From: Acidobacteriota bacterium
Lineage (GTDB): Bacteria; Acidobacteriota; CAIWXX01
Reading direction: 5' to 3'
NCBI GenBank assembly: GCA_040755995.1
Contig: JBFMAF010000004.1
Span: forward strand, 1 to 64,000
DNA: 64,000 nucleotides
A program made the translations under genes and the position numbers. A model generated the notes under the pieces. It saw only the letters and a program-made list of their open reading frames with translations. It searched no databases and was not told the DNA's origin. The first letter of the stretch is position 1; every line of letters starts with the position of its first letter. Positions 11,018 to 21,755 of this stretch are shown one piece after another.

Positions 11018-12171
11018 CGCGCAGCCTCCAGGATCTTTTGGCAAATCGCGTCCGGGTCATGCACGCCTCCACCGGCGTGCGGAATGCTGACGGTTGCGGC
11101 CTTGCCCGAGGCGCACCGCTGTACTTCGAGCACCATCTGCCCGTAGTTGATCTCGGGAACAACGAAGGCCTTGATGCGCCCGGCGAGCTCGGCTATCCGC
11201 CGCTCCGGGAAGGGCCAGACGGTGATGAGGCGAAGGAAGCCGACCTTGACGCCCCGTTCCCTGGCGAGGTCCATCCCGAGGCGCGCGACGCGCGCCGTGA
11301 TTCCGTAAGCGACGACCACGACGTCGGCACCGTCCGTGTCACGTTCCTCCAGGCGAACGATTCGGTCCACGTTCTTCCGGACCTTCTCGATCAGGCGGCT
11401 GACGCACTTCTGCTGGCACTCCTCGCTCATCACCGGGTAGCCGCGCTCGTCGTGCGTGAGGCCCGTGGTGTGGAAGCGGTAGCCGTCGCCCGCGCGCGCG
11501 AACTCGGGCACGATCTTCCCGTCGACACGGTACGGGAGGTAGCTTGCCGGAGGCTCCTTGGTCAGCCGGCGCGGGACGACCTCGATCTTGTCGGCCTTGG
11601 GGATCACCACCTTCTCGGTCATGTGGCCCACGCACTCGTCCATCATCATCAGCACGGGGAGGCGGTAGGTCTCGGAAAGGTTGAAGGCATCGATGGTGAG
11701 GTCGAATGCCTCCTGAGGCGACTGGGGGCTGAGGGCGATGATCTCGTAGTCGCCGTGCGAGCCCCAGCGCGCCTGCATCATGTCGGCCTGGCCGACCATG
11801 GTCGGCAGCCCGGTGGAGGGGCCGCCGCGCTGGACGTTCACGACGACGCACGGCGCTTCCATCATGGCCGCCAGTCCGATGTTCTCCATCATCAGGCTGA
11901 AGCCGGGACCGCTGGTGACGGTCATCGACTTCGTGCCGGTCCACGAGGCGCCGACCACCGCCGCCATGCTGGCAAGCTCGTCCTCCATCTGGATAAACGT
12001 GCCGCCCATGAACGGGAAGCGCCGCGAGATCCGCTCGACCACCTCCGTGGAAGGGGTGATTGGATAGCCGGCTACGAAGCGGCACCCTGCCGCCATGGCG
12101 CCTTCGCCGCAGGCGAAGTCGCCGTCGAGATAGTGAATGCCCGTGAGCACACCCGCAGGATCAGCTTTCAT
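11014..12171 (-). CDS. korA: 2-oxoacid:ferredoxin oxidoreductase alpha subunit
   Basis: AGYPITPSTE, QMEDE, TSGPGFSLMMEN, QRGGPSTGLPT, EINYGQ. Confidence 0.92.
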   Translation of the reverse strand: MKADPAGVLTGIHYLDGDFACGEGAMAAGCRFVAGYPITPSTEVVERISRRFPFMGGTFIQMEDELASMAAVVGASWTGTKSMTVTSGPGFSLMMENIGLAAMMEAPCVVVNVQRGGPSTGLPTMVGQADMMQARWGSHGDYEIIALSPQSPQEAFDLTIDAFNLSETYRLPVLMMMDECVGHMTEKVVIPKADKIEVVPRRLTKEPPASYLPYRVDGKIVPEFARAGDGYRFHTTGLTHDERGYPVMSEECQQKCVSRLIEKVRKNVDRIVRLEERDTDGADVVVVAYGITARVARLGMDLARERGVKVGFLRLITVWPFPERRIAELAGRIKAFVVPEINYGQMVLEVQRCASGKAATVSIPHAGGGVHDPDAICQKILEAAR

Positions 12172-12235
12172 GCAGGTTTCTCCTTAGAGAGATTTCTATG
12201 AGCAGGTCGTATCAGTTCGATTGCCGAGTCGTTAG

Positions 12236-12282
12236 TCACGAGACGCGGAGACGCGGGGACGCGGAGAGGCGGAGAGGGCGGG
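12236..12282. repeat. Degenerate 8-nt tandem repeat (GACGCGGA-like), intergenic
   Basis: gacgcgga gacgcggg gacgcgga gaggcgga gagggcgg. Confidence 0.7.
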
Positions 12283-12391
12283 TGCACACCACCGGCTGCT
12301 CGTGCAAAGGGGCGGTCGCGCGATGGTGCCCGATCTCTCATCGGCGCGGTATGAGGCGAGGTTCGCATCGGGGATCCGTGATTCCCGCCGA

Positions 12392-12709
12392 TCAGGCGCC
12401 GGCGGGCCGGGCGTCGATGTGATTGCCGCCTGTGGAGGGGGCGTCGGGCATGTCGCCGTCTGCCACGCTGAAGATCGCGAAATCCGGGCAGATCATTTCG
12501 CAGAGGTTGCAGTTGACGCACTCGCCGACCTTCACAACCACCGGCGGGTGGTACCCCTTGCGGTTGAACTCCAGCGACATAGCCAGCACGTCCTTGGGGC
12601 AGTATTCGACGCAGAAGCCGCAGCCCTTGCACCGATCCGCGATGATCCGCACGGTGCCGTGGGGAACTTTCACTTGATCGAAGTCCAACGGTTTTCGCCA
12701 GTACTTCAT
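12392..12709 (-). CDS. korD: 2-oxoacid:ferredoxin oxidoreductase delta subunit (2x[4Fe-4S] ferredoxin)
   Basis: CKGCGFCVEYCP, NRKGYHPP, CVNCNLCEMICPDFAI; start MKYWRK with RBS GGAG. Confidence 0.88.
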   Translation of the reverse strand: MKYWRKPLDFDQVKVPHGTVRIIADRCKGCGFCVEYCPKDVLAMSLEFNRKGYHPPVVVKVGECVNCNLCEMICPDFAIFSVADGDMPDAPSTGGNHIDARPAGA

Positions 12710-13303
12710 TGCCACTCCCGGAGTAAGCGGGTCGATGTCCTCGGTCAGCCGGTGCATGTTCTCGGAAGAGCCAGGGGCTAATCTGCGCGCCCTAGGTGAG
12801 GAGTCGATTCGTTACTGCTCGCATTGCATGGTGGATCGTAGCCACGGCCCACGCATCAAATCCTGGTTCCTGACTCCGCGTGAGACTATAGGCATACCCC
12901 GCGCCGTTGTCAAGAAGCGGAACTGTAGGAAAATCCGTGCCATGGCGCCGGGCAGAAGCGGGGGGATGCCGGGGAGAATGCTACAAGCGTAGTAATATCG
13001 TCAGCGGCCGGCCTCGACCTGCCACAGCCGGACCCCTCCGCCGCCGTGAGCTCTGAGCGGCGCGGAGGCGAGCGGGATGAGGCCGTGGGGTGCTGCGCGA
13101 ACTGCGGCGCGCGTTCCAGCGGGTACGTGCCGTCGATGAGATATGCGATATCGGCATCTCTCAGGTGTGCGTCGAATCGCCTCGCGCGGTAGCACGGTCG
13201 GATCGAGTTGTTCACGAGGCCGGCCCGGCGTCCTTCGGCCTGTGCCGAATCCTCGTCTATCCAGCGCGGCCCATGTCGCGCTGTATGGTACGCGTTCGGT
13301 TGG

Positions 13304-15664
13304 TCAGCGCGGAGCCTGCAGGGAGAGCTCCATGGAGTAGGCGAGGAACGGATCGGCCTCGTCCTTCCAGCTTCTCTGGAGCAGCTCGCAGTCCTCGACC
13401 AGCGGGCCCGCGAAGAGCTCCTTGCCGTTCCACTGCACGCGCAGAGGGCCGGGCTTGGGAAGCAGCTCGCGCCGCAGCAGCAGCTGGAGCCTCCGGACGC
13501 CCTTCGTCGAAAGCCGTACCGTGTTGTCGTCGCTGATCTCGCCCTTCACCTCGGCCACGCCGGGATCAATCTCGATGATGCGCAGCCAGTAGTGCCGCGG
13601 GAACTCGGTTGTTCGCGTCTGGAAGTCGATTCTGCGGGGGAATGGGCCGCGGGTGTATTTCGCGCAGAAGGCCATGGTGAGGCCGTCGTCTCGGTCGAGC
13701 CTCAGGTCGTGCTCGCGACCTTTCAGAATCCGCATCTCCGTCGGAGCCGCCCGCCACACCCCACGCAGCGCCTCGTACGTGTCTGTGCTCGATCCCGGCG
13801 CGACGACCTTGTCGCGATCGCCGTGGACGAAGAGCAGCGGAACGTGTGCGAGATTGGGGGTGAGAGGCGGAACCGGCGCCGGCATGAAAAGCCCTGCGCC
13901 CATCAGCGAGACCATGGCGGCGAGCCGGTGAGGCCACAGGGTCGCGAAGTAGAACGCGCCGCTCCCGCCATTGCTCATGCCGGCCACGTAGACCCGGTTC
14001 GGATCCACGTTGAACGAGCTGAGAGTCTCTTTCAGAAGATCTTCGACCAGCCTTGCCGAGGCAGGCGTCCACCAGGCTCCGCTGGCCTGGGGGAAGAGCA
14101 TCAGGTAGCCGCTGGTCTGCCGGGCCTGTATGGAGTCCTGGAGCGCATCGACGGCGAAGCCCGTTCCACCGCTCAGGTAGATCAGCAGCGGGAACGGCTC
14201 GTCGCCGCGGTAGTCCTCGGGGATGTGAATCATGTATGGCCAGCCGCGAAACGCGGGTGCCGTAACCGGACGGACGAACGTGCCGGGTGTCGCCGGCAGC
14301 AGAATCTGGGCGGCGATAGCCGGCGGCGGCAGTCCGGCCGACGCGCAGTCCCAGTGAGGGTCGATCTGCCCCGCACGCACCGCGGATGCGAGCGCCGCGA
14401 GCCGCGCAGCGCCCGTCTTTGTTGTCGCGCCCTCCCCGAGCGAGCTCCAAAGATCATCCAGGCTGGATGCATTGAGCTCGTGCACGGGGCTCTCGGCAGG
14501 GAGCCGGGCAGCCACCCACGAGCGCGCGGCTTCCCGCACGAACTGATCATCGTCCTTGAGCGCGTGTTCGATGAGCGGTCGCGCGCCGTCCTTCTTGTCC
14601 AGGCAGCGTACGGCGAGCCTCCGGACGAGCGGATCGGGACTGGACAGGAGCTTGGAGAGCATCTCCGGGGCGGGTGCCTCCATCCGCCGTCTGCAGATCA
14701 GCCCGAGCACGCGGCTCAATGTCGCCGGGTCGCCCGACTCGAGGAGCGAGTAGAGGCGGCGGGCGTCCATGGGGAGCTTGTCCATACGGGCTGCAGCGGC
14801 CAGAACGCCGAGGCGCAGGGTGGGCTCGCGGAGCCAGTCATCCATCTTCTCGTCACGCCGGCGCTCGACGAGCTCCATCACCAGCCTCTCCTTCGTCTCC
14901 ACCCCCGGCGGCTGCCCCTCGAACTCCAGCTTCACCAGCGCGCCCAGCTTCGGCGAGAACCAGTAGCGGACGCGCAAGCGGTCCCCGGCGCTCTTGCCTT
15001 CGACGCGCATGCAGTCCTCGTCGCGCATCCGCTCCCAGGCCGCGCCACTGTATGTGAAGTCCAGAATGCTCGCGCTTTTCCATGTGTCGCCAACCTGGAC
15101 GGGGTGGTCCGGGAGGGATTCGATCTCGTGGAGTCCCATCAGCAGGCGTCCGCCGCCTGACTCGCGCGCGGCCGACCAAGGGCCGGCAGGCCACCCGAGC
15201 AGGTCGAATGTGTTGGCCTCCGCAAACGACACCGGCCGGTCCCTGAGCTCCTGCGCCAGCTCCTTGCGAACCTGTTCGAGTCGATCCTTACCGCTCTCCT
15301 TGTAGCGCAACATCTCGGCCGTCACTCTGTTCCGCTGGAAGCCCACGCTCAACCTGCCGCTCTCCTCGGCAATCACAAGCACATCATTGTTCCATTGCGC
15401 CCGCGTCAAGAAGTCGATCTCCTCTGTGACCGCTTCGCGCTCGAATCGCTCGGTGTACATGAGATGATCTCCGGGTCGAAGGTCGTAGCGGAGATCGACG
15501 CGCGAGTCCTCGGAATGCAGCAACGACGACAGCAGCGTGAGCCCTGCCACGACGGCTCGCCCGAGAGTTCGCGTGGCGGGCACTGCGGAGCCTGTCATCG
15601 TCCGTGCCCCTGATGAACCTCTCTGCCTGCCTCCACACGCTGGCACGACCATCTGAGGTTCCAC
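13304..15664 (-). CDS. Secreted protein with HEAT-like repeats and a C-terminal alpha/beta-hydrolase (esterase) domain
   Basis: Hydrophobic N-terminal segment; D..VRR.A HEAT-like motifs; RVYVAGMSNGG nucleophile elbow, HGDRD, GREH; AGGAGG before GTG 15664 (alternative start 15598). Confidence 0.7.
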   Translation of the reverse strand: MEPQMVVPACGGRQRGSSGARTMTGSAVPATRTLGRAVVAGLTLLSSLLHSEDSRVDLRYDLRPGDHLMYTERFEREAVTEEIDFLTRAQWNNDVLVIAEESGRLSVGFQRNRVTAEMLRYKESGKDRLEQVRKELAQELRDRPVSFAEANTFDLLGWPAGPWSAARESGGGRLLMGLHEIESLPDHPVQVGDTWKSASILDFTYSGAAWERMRDEDCMRVEGKSAGDRLRVRYWFSPKLGALVKLEFEGQPPGVETKERLVMELVERRRDEKMDDWLREPTLRLGVLAAAARMDKLPMDARRLYSLLESGDPATLSRVLGLICRRRMEAPAPEMLSKLLSSPDPLVRRLAVRCLDKKDGARPLIEHALKDDDQFVREAARSWVAARLPAESPVHELNASSLDDLWSSLGEGATTKTGAARLAALASAVRAGQIDPHWDCASAGLPPPAIAAQILLPATPGTFVRPVTAPAFRGWPYMIHIPEDYRGDEPFPLLIYLSGGTGFAVDALQDSIQARQTSGYLMLFPQASGAWWTPASARLVEDLLKETLSSFNVDPNRVYVAGMSNGGSGAFYFATLWPHRLAAMVSLMGAGLFMPAPVPPLTPNLAHVPLLFVHGDRDKVVAPGSSTDTYEALRGVWRAAPTEMRILKGREHDLRLDRDDGLTMAFCAKYTRGPFPRRIDFQTRTTEFPRHYWLRIIEIDPGVAEVKGEISDDNTVRLSTKGVRRLQLLLRRELLPKPGPLRVQWNGKELFAGPLVEDCELLQRSWKDEADPFLAYSMELSLQAPR

Positions 15665-15761
15665 AACACCACCTCCTGCTGCGCGTCCTTTGCCGAGGGG
15701 TCGCTCGGCCGCTTGCTCAGATCACCAATCTGGACTCAACCGGCATCGCTCCCCCGGAGCG

Positions 15762-16580
15762 CTATTGAGCGAAGCGTTCGAATCCGTTCCACTCGACTCG
15801 CTGCCGCTCGTGGATCGAGCTGAACAGGACCCTCCCCTCCACGAGCATGTCGAATCGTGCTGGGAACCATGGACCGCTATCGATCTCCTGCTGCTGCAGG
15901 CTGAACTCGATGTGACGGATCGAGGCGAGTATGCCCAGCCAGAGCCTGACCGGCTCTGTGAGGTGCACGTCCACCTTTGCGATCTCGTAGGCTTGCTCGT
16001 CGATCCAGATCTTGCCGGCCAGGCGGTTCAGGATATTGTCGACCTTCTTCCGGACGGGCAGCTTACCCTTCTTGGGCTCGAGGGAGAGCACGAAGGCGGA
16101 GCGGCCGTTGATGGACTCACGCGCGAGGACCTCGAAGCGGAACCTGGAGGCCGTCTCTTCGTCGAGCCTGATCGTCATCTCGTCTTCCTCGCCCGCGCCC
16201 TTCTTCTGGCTCCGGGCCTGCCGCAGCTTCCTCAGCCGCTCCTCCTGCTTCTTCCGCTCCTTGTCCGAAAGCGGCGCCCCGTTTCGCTCTACGAGCTCCT
16301 GGAACGGCAACCCTTCCACGGGGTAGACTCGGTAGAGCTCCTCGCTTCTCTCCTTGACGGCACCGCGTTCGTCGAGCTTCTCAACGACTGCACGCTGGGA
16401 AAACGTGTAGTGCGCGTAGTACTGCTCGGCGTCGGCCTCTTTCATCCGGTCTAGCGCCTTGCGCACGATCTCTTCCGCCCGAGGCAGCGAGGCCGATTCG
16501 TCAGCGCGCGAGGCCGCGGGCGGAACGGCCAGCACGAGCGCGGCCACGACCACCATCAGCACCTTCTCTCTTGCGTACAA
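15762..16580 (-). CDS. Secreted hypothetical protein (LolA/lipoprotein-sorting-like fold suspected)
   Basis: Signal peptide; GKIWIDEQAYEIAKV beta-rich motif; AAGGAG before TTG. Confidence 0.65.
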   Translation of the reverse strand: MYAREKVLMVVVAALVLAVPPAASRADESASLPRAEEIVRKALDRMKEADAEQYYAHYTFSQRAVVEKLDERGAVKERSEELYRVYPVEGLPFQELVERNGAPLSDKERKKQEERLRKLRQARSQKKGAGEEDEMTIRLDEETASRFRFEVLARESINGRSAFVLSLEPKKGKLPVRKKVDNILNRLAGKIWIDEQAYEIAKVDVHLTEPVRLWLGILASIRHIEFSLQQQEIDSGPWFPARFDMLVEGRVLFSSIHERQRVEWNGFERFAQ

Positions 16581-16613
16581 ACTCTCACTCCTTGCCGTGT
16601 GTACGGTCCCAGA

Positions 16614-17753
16614 CTACTTCATCGACAGGATCAAATCCAACAGGACGCGGTCCAGAAGCTCCCTCCCCGGCGACGACTCCGCCGTCCCGTACCGGTACTG
16701 CTTCGTGACGAGCAACGCGGCGACCCGCCGCGATGCTGCGCCGGGGCTCCATTCCGCAGCCTGAAACACGCCCTCCCCGGTGTAGAAGCCGCTCTGTTCC
16801 TCTGCAGGAGCCTCCTTGAACCCGCACGTTCCCCAGATCCGTCCGATCTTCTTGTTACCAACGTAGTAATTCTCGAATCCGTGCACCCTGATCTCGTCGA
16901 CGTCGGATTGCGATGCCATGTCGTCCCGGAGACGCCTGGTCGCGACCGGATCGCCCATCGGGGACGACTCGCCTTCGCCGGAGAGATTCGGCCCCCACTT
17001 GAGTGTGACGCGGATGTTCTCGTCGGAACAGAGAGCGAGGAGCGACCCGAGTCGCTGCCCGCGGACTCCTTCATACTGCGGGAAGGGAACATAGTACGGG
17101 CTCTCGAAGAGGAACCACCGGCTGGGATAGCGGAATGAGAATCCGTAGGTATCCGCCGAATAGGCTGTGGCGAGGTCTGGATCCGGATCCGATGCGAAGG
17201 GGGCATGGCATCGGATGGTCTTGGCTGACCGCGTCTCGATCTCGAAATCGTTCACCGGGGTCTTTCGGGCCGTGTTGTAGTTCGTGTCTGCGATGAACTC
17301 GCGGTTGCTCTCGGGGCAGTTCCAGGCGATGAAACGCGTGTAAAACATGCGGTTGGTGCCATGGGCCTCGACCATCACGGCCTCGTGCCCGTTCACCGTC
17401 GTCGGTCCTTCCGCGCCCGTGAATTCGAAGTTCACTCCCCACATCTTCGACATGCGGGCCCGCACGTAGTCAACGGTAACCTGCGGCCGCTGGATCGGGC
17501 CCCAATGGATCAGGTACATGAGCCACTTGGCGTCGGAGAAGGTGATCTCACCCCGGTCGGGCGTCCCCTGGACGTCTGCCTCCTTCCACTGCCACCCGGC
17601 GTCGGGCAGCCTGACGGACAGACCCGATCGGCTCTTGATCAGCGACATCAGGTCGTCGACTGCCTGCACCTGGGGTGCCTGCGCGAAAACGTTCGAGCAC
17701 GCAGCGACACCTGAGATCAGCAGGACCGGGATGAATCTTGCGGAATTGCTCAT
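16614..17753 (-). CDS. Secreted hypothetical protein (PsbP-like segments suspected)
   Basis: Signal peptide ending AQA; YGFSFRYPSRW; long coherent ORF with RBS. Confidence 0.6.
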   Translation of the reverse strand: MSNSARFIPVLLISGVAACSNVFAQAPQVQAVDDLMSLIKSRSGLSVRLPDAGWQWKEADVQGTPDRGEITFSDAKWLMYLIHWGPIQRPQVTVDYVRARMSKMWGVNFEFTGAEGPTTVNGHEAVMVEAHGTNRMFYTRFIAWNCPESNREFIADTNYNTARKTPVNDFEIETRSAKTIRCHAPFASDPDPDLATAYSADTYGFSFRYPSRWFLFESPYYVPFPQYEGVRGQRLGSLLALCSDENIRVTLKWGPNLSGEGESSPMGDPVATRRLRDDMASQSDVDEIRVHGFENYYVGNKKIGRIWGTCGFKEAPAEEQSGFYTGEGVFQAAEWSPGAASRRVAALLVTKQYRYGTAESSPGRELLDRVLLDLILSMK

Positions 17754-17930
17754 TGTCTCGCCCCCTTGCTAGCGCCCCGGCGCGCCCTGCCGGACTCACA
17801 GGCGGCTCGCGCCGACAAGGCACATGGGCGGTTCGGGGAGATCCTATCGGTGGTCGACAGTGTGCCGCCATCGAGTTGGGAGGAAGCGGCCGTTACAGGG
17901 GACCCGCATGCCCGAATACGGGATGCGTCA

Positions 17931-17995
17931 GTCCTCAGCGCTCGGTTCTGGGTCCTCAGTGCTCGGTTCTGGGTCCTCAGTGCTCGGTGCTCGGA
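17931..17995. repeat. About 3 copies of a 21-bp unit GTCCTCAGTGCTCGGTTCTGG (7-mer based)
   Basis: Read directly from the sequence. Confidence 0.8.
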
Positions 17996-18037
17996 CCTGA
18001 GCGCCGAGGGCGAAATTGCGCCTCCGCTCTGTCGATT

Positions 18038-18104
18038 TCTCTGGGTCTCCCCGCTTCTCCCTTTCCCCGATTCCCCGTTTCTCCGCGCCTCCGCGTCTCC
18101 GCGT
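18038..18104. repeat. Degenerate 8-nt pyrimidine-rich tandem repeat after the tricorn stop codon
   Basis: ttctccct ttccccga ttccccgt ttctccgc gcctccgc gtctccgc gtc. Confidence 0.7.
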
Positions 18105-21100
18105 CTACTTGATCTTCACTGGATCCGGCGGGCGGCTGGGCAGCTTTCTCGGTTCGCGCTCCATCGCCTTCAACACCTCCCCGATGCCGCGTTCGAGCTG
18201 TAGATCGCGCCCGGCGATCACTGAGGCCGGGTCGTTCTCCACCTCGATATCCGGCGGCACCCCGACTCCCTCGATAATCCAGCTCCCGTCCGTGTCGTTT
18301 GTGCCCTGCATAGGCACAAACGCGTTTCCACCGTCGATCAGCGGCCCGATCCCCGAGATGCCGACGACACCGCCCCAGGTGCGTTTGCCGATGAGCGGGC
18401 CGAGCCCGGCTTTCTTGAACCGCGCGGGGAAGATGTCGCCGTCAGAGGCCGACGTCTCGCTAATCAGGCAGACCATGTGCCCGTAGAATACCGTGTTCGG
18501 GTAGGTGAAGGGGTGGTCCGAGCGGTTGCCGAAGCGGGTGCCGAGCAGCTTCGAGTCAAGTCGCTCGATGATCCACTGCGAGATGTTGCCACCGCCGTTG
18601 GATCGCACGTCCACGACCAGCCCTTCTCTGCGGATCTGCGGGTAGTACCACTTGATGAACTCGTAGGCTCCCTCGGCGCCCATGTCAGGGATGTGGATGT
18701 AGCCGACGCGGCCATTGGTGCTCTTCACTACTCTCTCGCGGCACTCGTTCACCCACCCCAGGTAGAGCAGAGGGGCTTCTTCGAAGATCGGATTGAAGGT
18801 GACCTTGCGACCTCCTTCCAAGACCGGCTTCGAGTTGACCATGAGAGTCACGGGATCCTTTTTATCTTTCAGCAGCCGGTACGGGTCGTCGTTGGCCTTC
18901 AGCTCCACACCGTCGATTGCCAGCACATACTCGCCCTCCTTCACATTCACTCCGACTTCGGTCAGCGGCGAGCGGTACTTCTCCTCTTCGTTCTGCCCAG
19001 CGAAGATCTTTGCAATCAGGTAGCGCCCGCTCTTCTCGTCGAGCGCGAATCGCGCGCCGGGCAGGGCCACTTTCGGGCGATCCGGAATCTTGATATCACC
19101 GCCCTCGATGTATGCGTGTCCCACGTTCAGCTCCGCCACCATCTCGCCGAGGACGTAGTTCAGATCGGCGCGGTGAGCGACGTACGGAAGAAGCTGGCGA
19201 TATCGGTCACCTGTCGCCTTCCAGTCGTATCCGTGCATGTTCTTCACGTAGAAGAAATCGCGGTAGCGACGCCACACCTCGTCGAAGATCTCCGCCCACT
19301 CGTCTGCCGGCACGCGATCGACGCTGAGCCCCTTCGTCGACACCGTTTTCGGATCCTTGGCCTTGGGCTTGGCATCGTATAGCTTGTAAGCCTCGCCCTC
19401 GTGGACGAGCACCTTCGAGCCGTCGGAGGACAGCGCATAGCCCGACACGTCTTCGACCAGCACCGTCGCCTCGCGCTCCTTCATATCGAAGATCCAGAGC
19501 TTGTCCTTCTGGTAGCTGTCGCGACCGTAGAACGGTGCGCCCGAGACGACGTACAGGAGATAGCCTTTGGCGGCCGACAGCCCGTCGATGTTGTCAGTGT
19601 CGACGGGGACTCGGCTGACCCTCGTCGCGAGTCCGTCGAAGTCGATCTTGACCGGCTTCTTCTCTTCGGCCTTCGTCTCATCCCCCTTCTTCTCGTCCTT
19701 GTCTTTGGCGGCCTTCTCGTCCCTCTTGCCCTCATCCTTCTCGTCCTTCTTCGCTCCGTCCACGGTCACCTCGTCCGACTCCGGAGCGAACGGATGCTTC
19801 ACGTCGCCGCGAAGCGCCGCGGCGAAGATGCCCGTGGTCCTGTTGCCGGCGAAATTCCACTCGACATTCGATATCTGCGGCGCGAACTGCCGGTCGGAGA
19901 GGAAGAACAGGTAGTCGCCCTGGGGATCCCAAGACGGTCCGTACTCGTTGAACATCTCGCCGGTGATCCGACGGAGCTTGGATTCGGTCACCGACCAGAT
20001 GTAGAGCGACTGGTACCCGGTATGCTCTCCCATGGAGAAGGCGAGCCACTGGCCGTCGGGCGACCAGGCGTAGTCGAAGATCCCGCCGAACTCGTCATCT
20101 GCCACCTGCGTGACCTTCTTCGTGGCGAGCTCGACAACGTAGAGCTTGCCGTCCTTGTCAGAAAGCGCGACGCGTTTGCCGTCAGCGGCCCAGGCCGGCG
20201 CGTTCAGCATCGCACGAAACTGCGTTGTGACCTGTTCGGGCTTGCCGGAGCCGTCCTGGTCGATGAGGCAGACCTGGTCCTCGCCGGACATGTCCGAGAT
20301 GAATGCGATCTTCTTGCCGTCTGGAGACCATCGCGCCCAGCGCTCGTGCGAGCGCGACGAGTCCGTCAGGTTGCGCGTGGCTCCCTTCTCGATCGGAAGC
20401 GTGAAGACGTCGCCTCGCGCGATGAACACGGCGCGCTCGGCTTTCGGCGAGAGCTCGAAATCTTCGATGTTCTTTTCGACCGAGTAATGCGACGGCCGTC
20501 GGGAGAGCCCATCGTCGGGGACGAGGATGTCGAGCTTCACGTCCTTGCGCGCGCTGGTGTCGTAGACGTGCAGCTCTCCATCGAGCTCGTACACAACGCG
20601 GCTCGTGTTGTCCGACGACGCCCAGCGCACGTCCCAGGTCGTCTCGTGAGTCAGTTGTTCGACCTGGCCGCCCGGCATGTCGAAGCGGTAGAGGTTCAGG
20701 GTGGCGTCCCGATCCGAGACGAAGTAGATGGCGTCGCCGATCCACATGGGGTCACGCTCGGTGCGCTTCGAATGCGCCACCGGCGTGACGGCGTAGCTGG
20801 CGAGATCGAAGAGATAGAGGTTCTGGGCCCATCCTCCTTGGTAGCGCTTCCATGTGCGGAAGTCGCGGAAGAGAGGCGAGTAGACCATTCTCTTGCCGTC
20901 CGGCGAGATGTCGCCGGCGCCGGAGGTCGGCATCGGCAGCTTGACCGCAAGCCCGCCTTCGCGGGGCACCGTGTAGAGGGCCGACTCTGTGCGCGCGCCG
21001 TCGGCGTCGCGGAGCGATCTGAAAAGAATCTTCGCGCCGTCGGGGGTCCAGCCGTAGACCTGGTTGTCGTAGCCCCAGCGCGGCGCAAGCGGGCCGCGCG

Positions 21101-21437
21101 CGGGGTAGTACGTGAGCTGGGTCGGGACCCCGCCCGAGGACGGGATGACATACACCTGCTCGTCGCCGTCGTACTGCCCGGTGAATGCGATCCACTTCCC
21201 GTCGGGAGAGAACTTCGCGAAGAGCTCGAGGCCCGGATGCGCCGTGAGCCGCACGGCTGTGCCTCCTGCCGACGGCGCCTTCCACAGGTCGCCGCCGTAG
21301 GTAAAGACGACCTCAGTTCCGTAGATGTCGGGGAATCTGAGCAGTTTGGTTTGCGCTGCGGCAGGTGCTGCCGCCACAACCAGTGCCGCTATTGCGCCAC
21401 ACAGCGCCATCGGGATGCGTATCCTCGTCACGGGCAT
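18105..21437 (-). CDS. Tricorn protease (S41 family, beta-propellers plus PDZ), secreted
   Basis: LLRFPDIYG...[10 protein letters not shown]40 repeats, [44 protein letters not shown] 21437 with AGGAGG RBS and a signal peptide. Confidence 0.92.
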   Translation of the reverse strand: MPVTRIRIPMALCGAIAALVVAAAPAAAQTKLLRFPDIYGTEVVFTYGGDLWKAPSAGGTAVRLTAHPGLELFAKFSPDGKWIAFTGQYDGDEQVYVIPSSGGVPTQLTYYPARGPLAPRWGYDNQVYGWTPDGAKILFRSLRDADGARTESALYTVPREGGLAVKLPMPTSGAGDISPDGKRMVYSPLFRDFRTWKRYQGGWAQNLYLFDLASYAVTPVAHSKRTERDPMWIGDAIYFVSDRDATLNLYRFDMPGGQVEQLTHETTWDVRWASSDNTSRVVYELDGELHVYDTSARKDVKLDILVPDDGLSRRPSHYSVEKNIEDFELSPKAERAVFIARGDVFTLPIEKGATRNLTDSSRSHERWARWSPDGKKIAFISDMSGEDQVCLIDQDGSGKPEQVTTQFRAMLNAPAWAADGKRVALSDKDGKLYVVELATKKVTQVADDEFGGIFDYAWSPDGQWLAFSMGEHTGYQSLYIWSVTESKLRRITGEMFNEYGPSWDPQGDYLFFLSDRQFAPQISNVEWNFAGNRTTGIFAAALRGDVKHPFAPESDEVTVDGAKKDEKDEGKRDEKAAKDKDEKKGDETKAEEKKPVKIDFDGLATRVSRVPVDTDNIDGLSAAKGYLLYVVSGAPFYGRDSYQKDKLWIFDMKEREATVLVEDVSGYALSSDGSKVLVHEGEAYKLYDAKPKAKDPKTVSTKGLSVDRVPADEWAEIFDEVWRRYRDFFYVKNMHGYDWKATGDRYRQLLPYVAHRADLNYVLGEMVAELNVGHAYIEGGDIKIPDRPKVALPGARFALDEKSGRYLIAKIFAGQNEEEKYRSPLTEVGVNVKEGEYVLAIDGVELKANDDPYRLLKDKKDPVTLMVNSKPVLEGGRKVTFNPIFEEAPLLYLGWVNECRERVVKSTNGRVGYIHIPDMGAEGAYEFIKWYYPQIRREGLVVDVRSNGGGNISQWIIERLDSKLLGTRFGNRSDHPFTYPNTVFYGHMVCLISETSASDGDIFPARFKKAGLGPLIGKRTWGGVVGISGIGPLIDGGNAFVPMQGTNDTDGSWIIEGVGVPPDIEVENDPASVIAGRDLQLERGIGEVLKAMEREPRKLPSRPPDPVKIK

Positions 21438-21755
21438 ACTTCTTCCTCCTGTCATAGATAAGTGAATACGAGTATGAACGTGCTGATGTTGCATCCGGAC
21501 AAGCGCGGATTGCAGAGAACCAGTTGCGTGCCGGACGAGCGGCATGCCCTGATGGCCACAGGACCTGTTTGACGAACGGCACCCGGAGACCGAGAATCTC
21601 AGAAGAGGCACCGGTGCAGAGGGTGGCACGAAAGCGTGTCGGTGCCGGCACAGGGTCAAAGTGCTCGTGGAATGCTTCGTGCCACGAGCCGGCCGTTCTC
21701 GCAAGCGATGATGCCGCTGCCGACCGATCCGGTATTCATCTGAACGGGAAACTGC

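Noticed and set aside
12910..13300. Short minus-strand ORF upstream of korD
   Set aside because: Partly protein-like but unassignable, with no RBS support.
17931..17995. CRISPR array
   Set aside because: Contiguous tandem units without spacers, and no cas genes.
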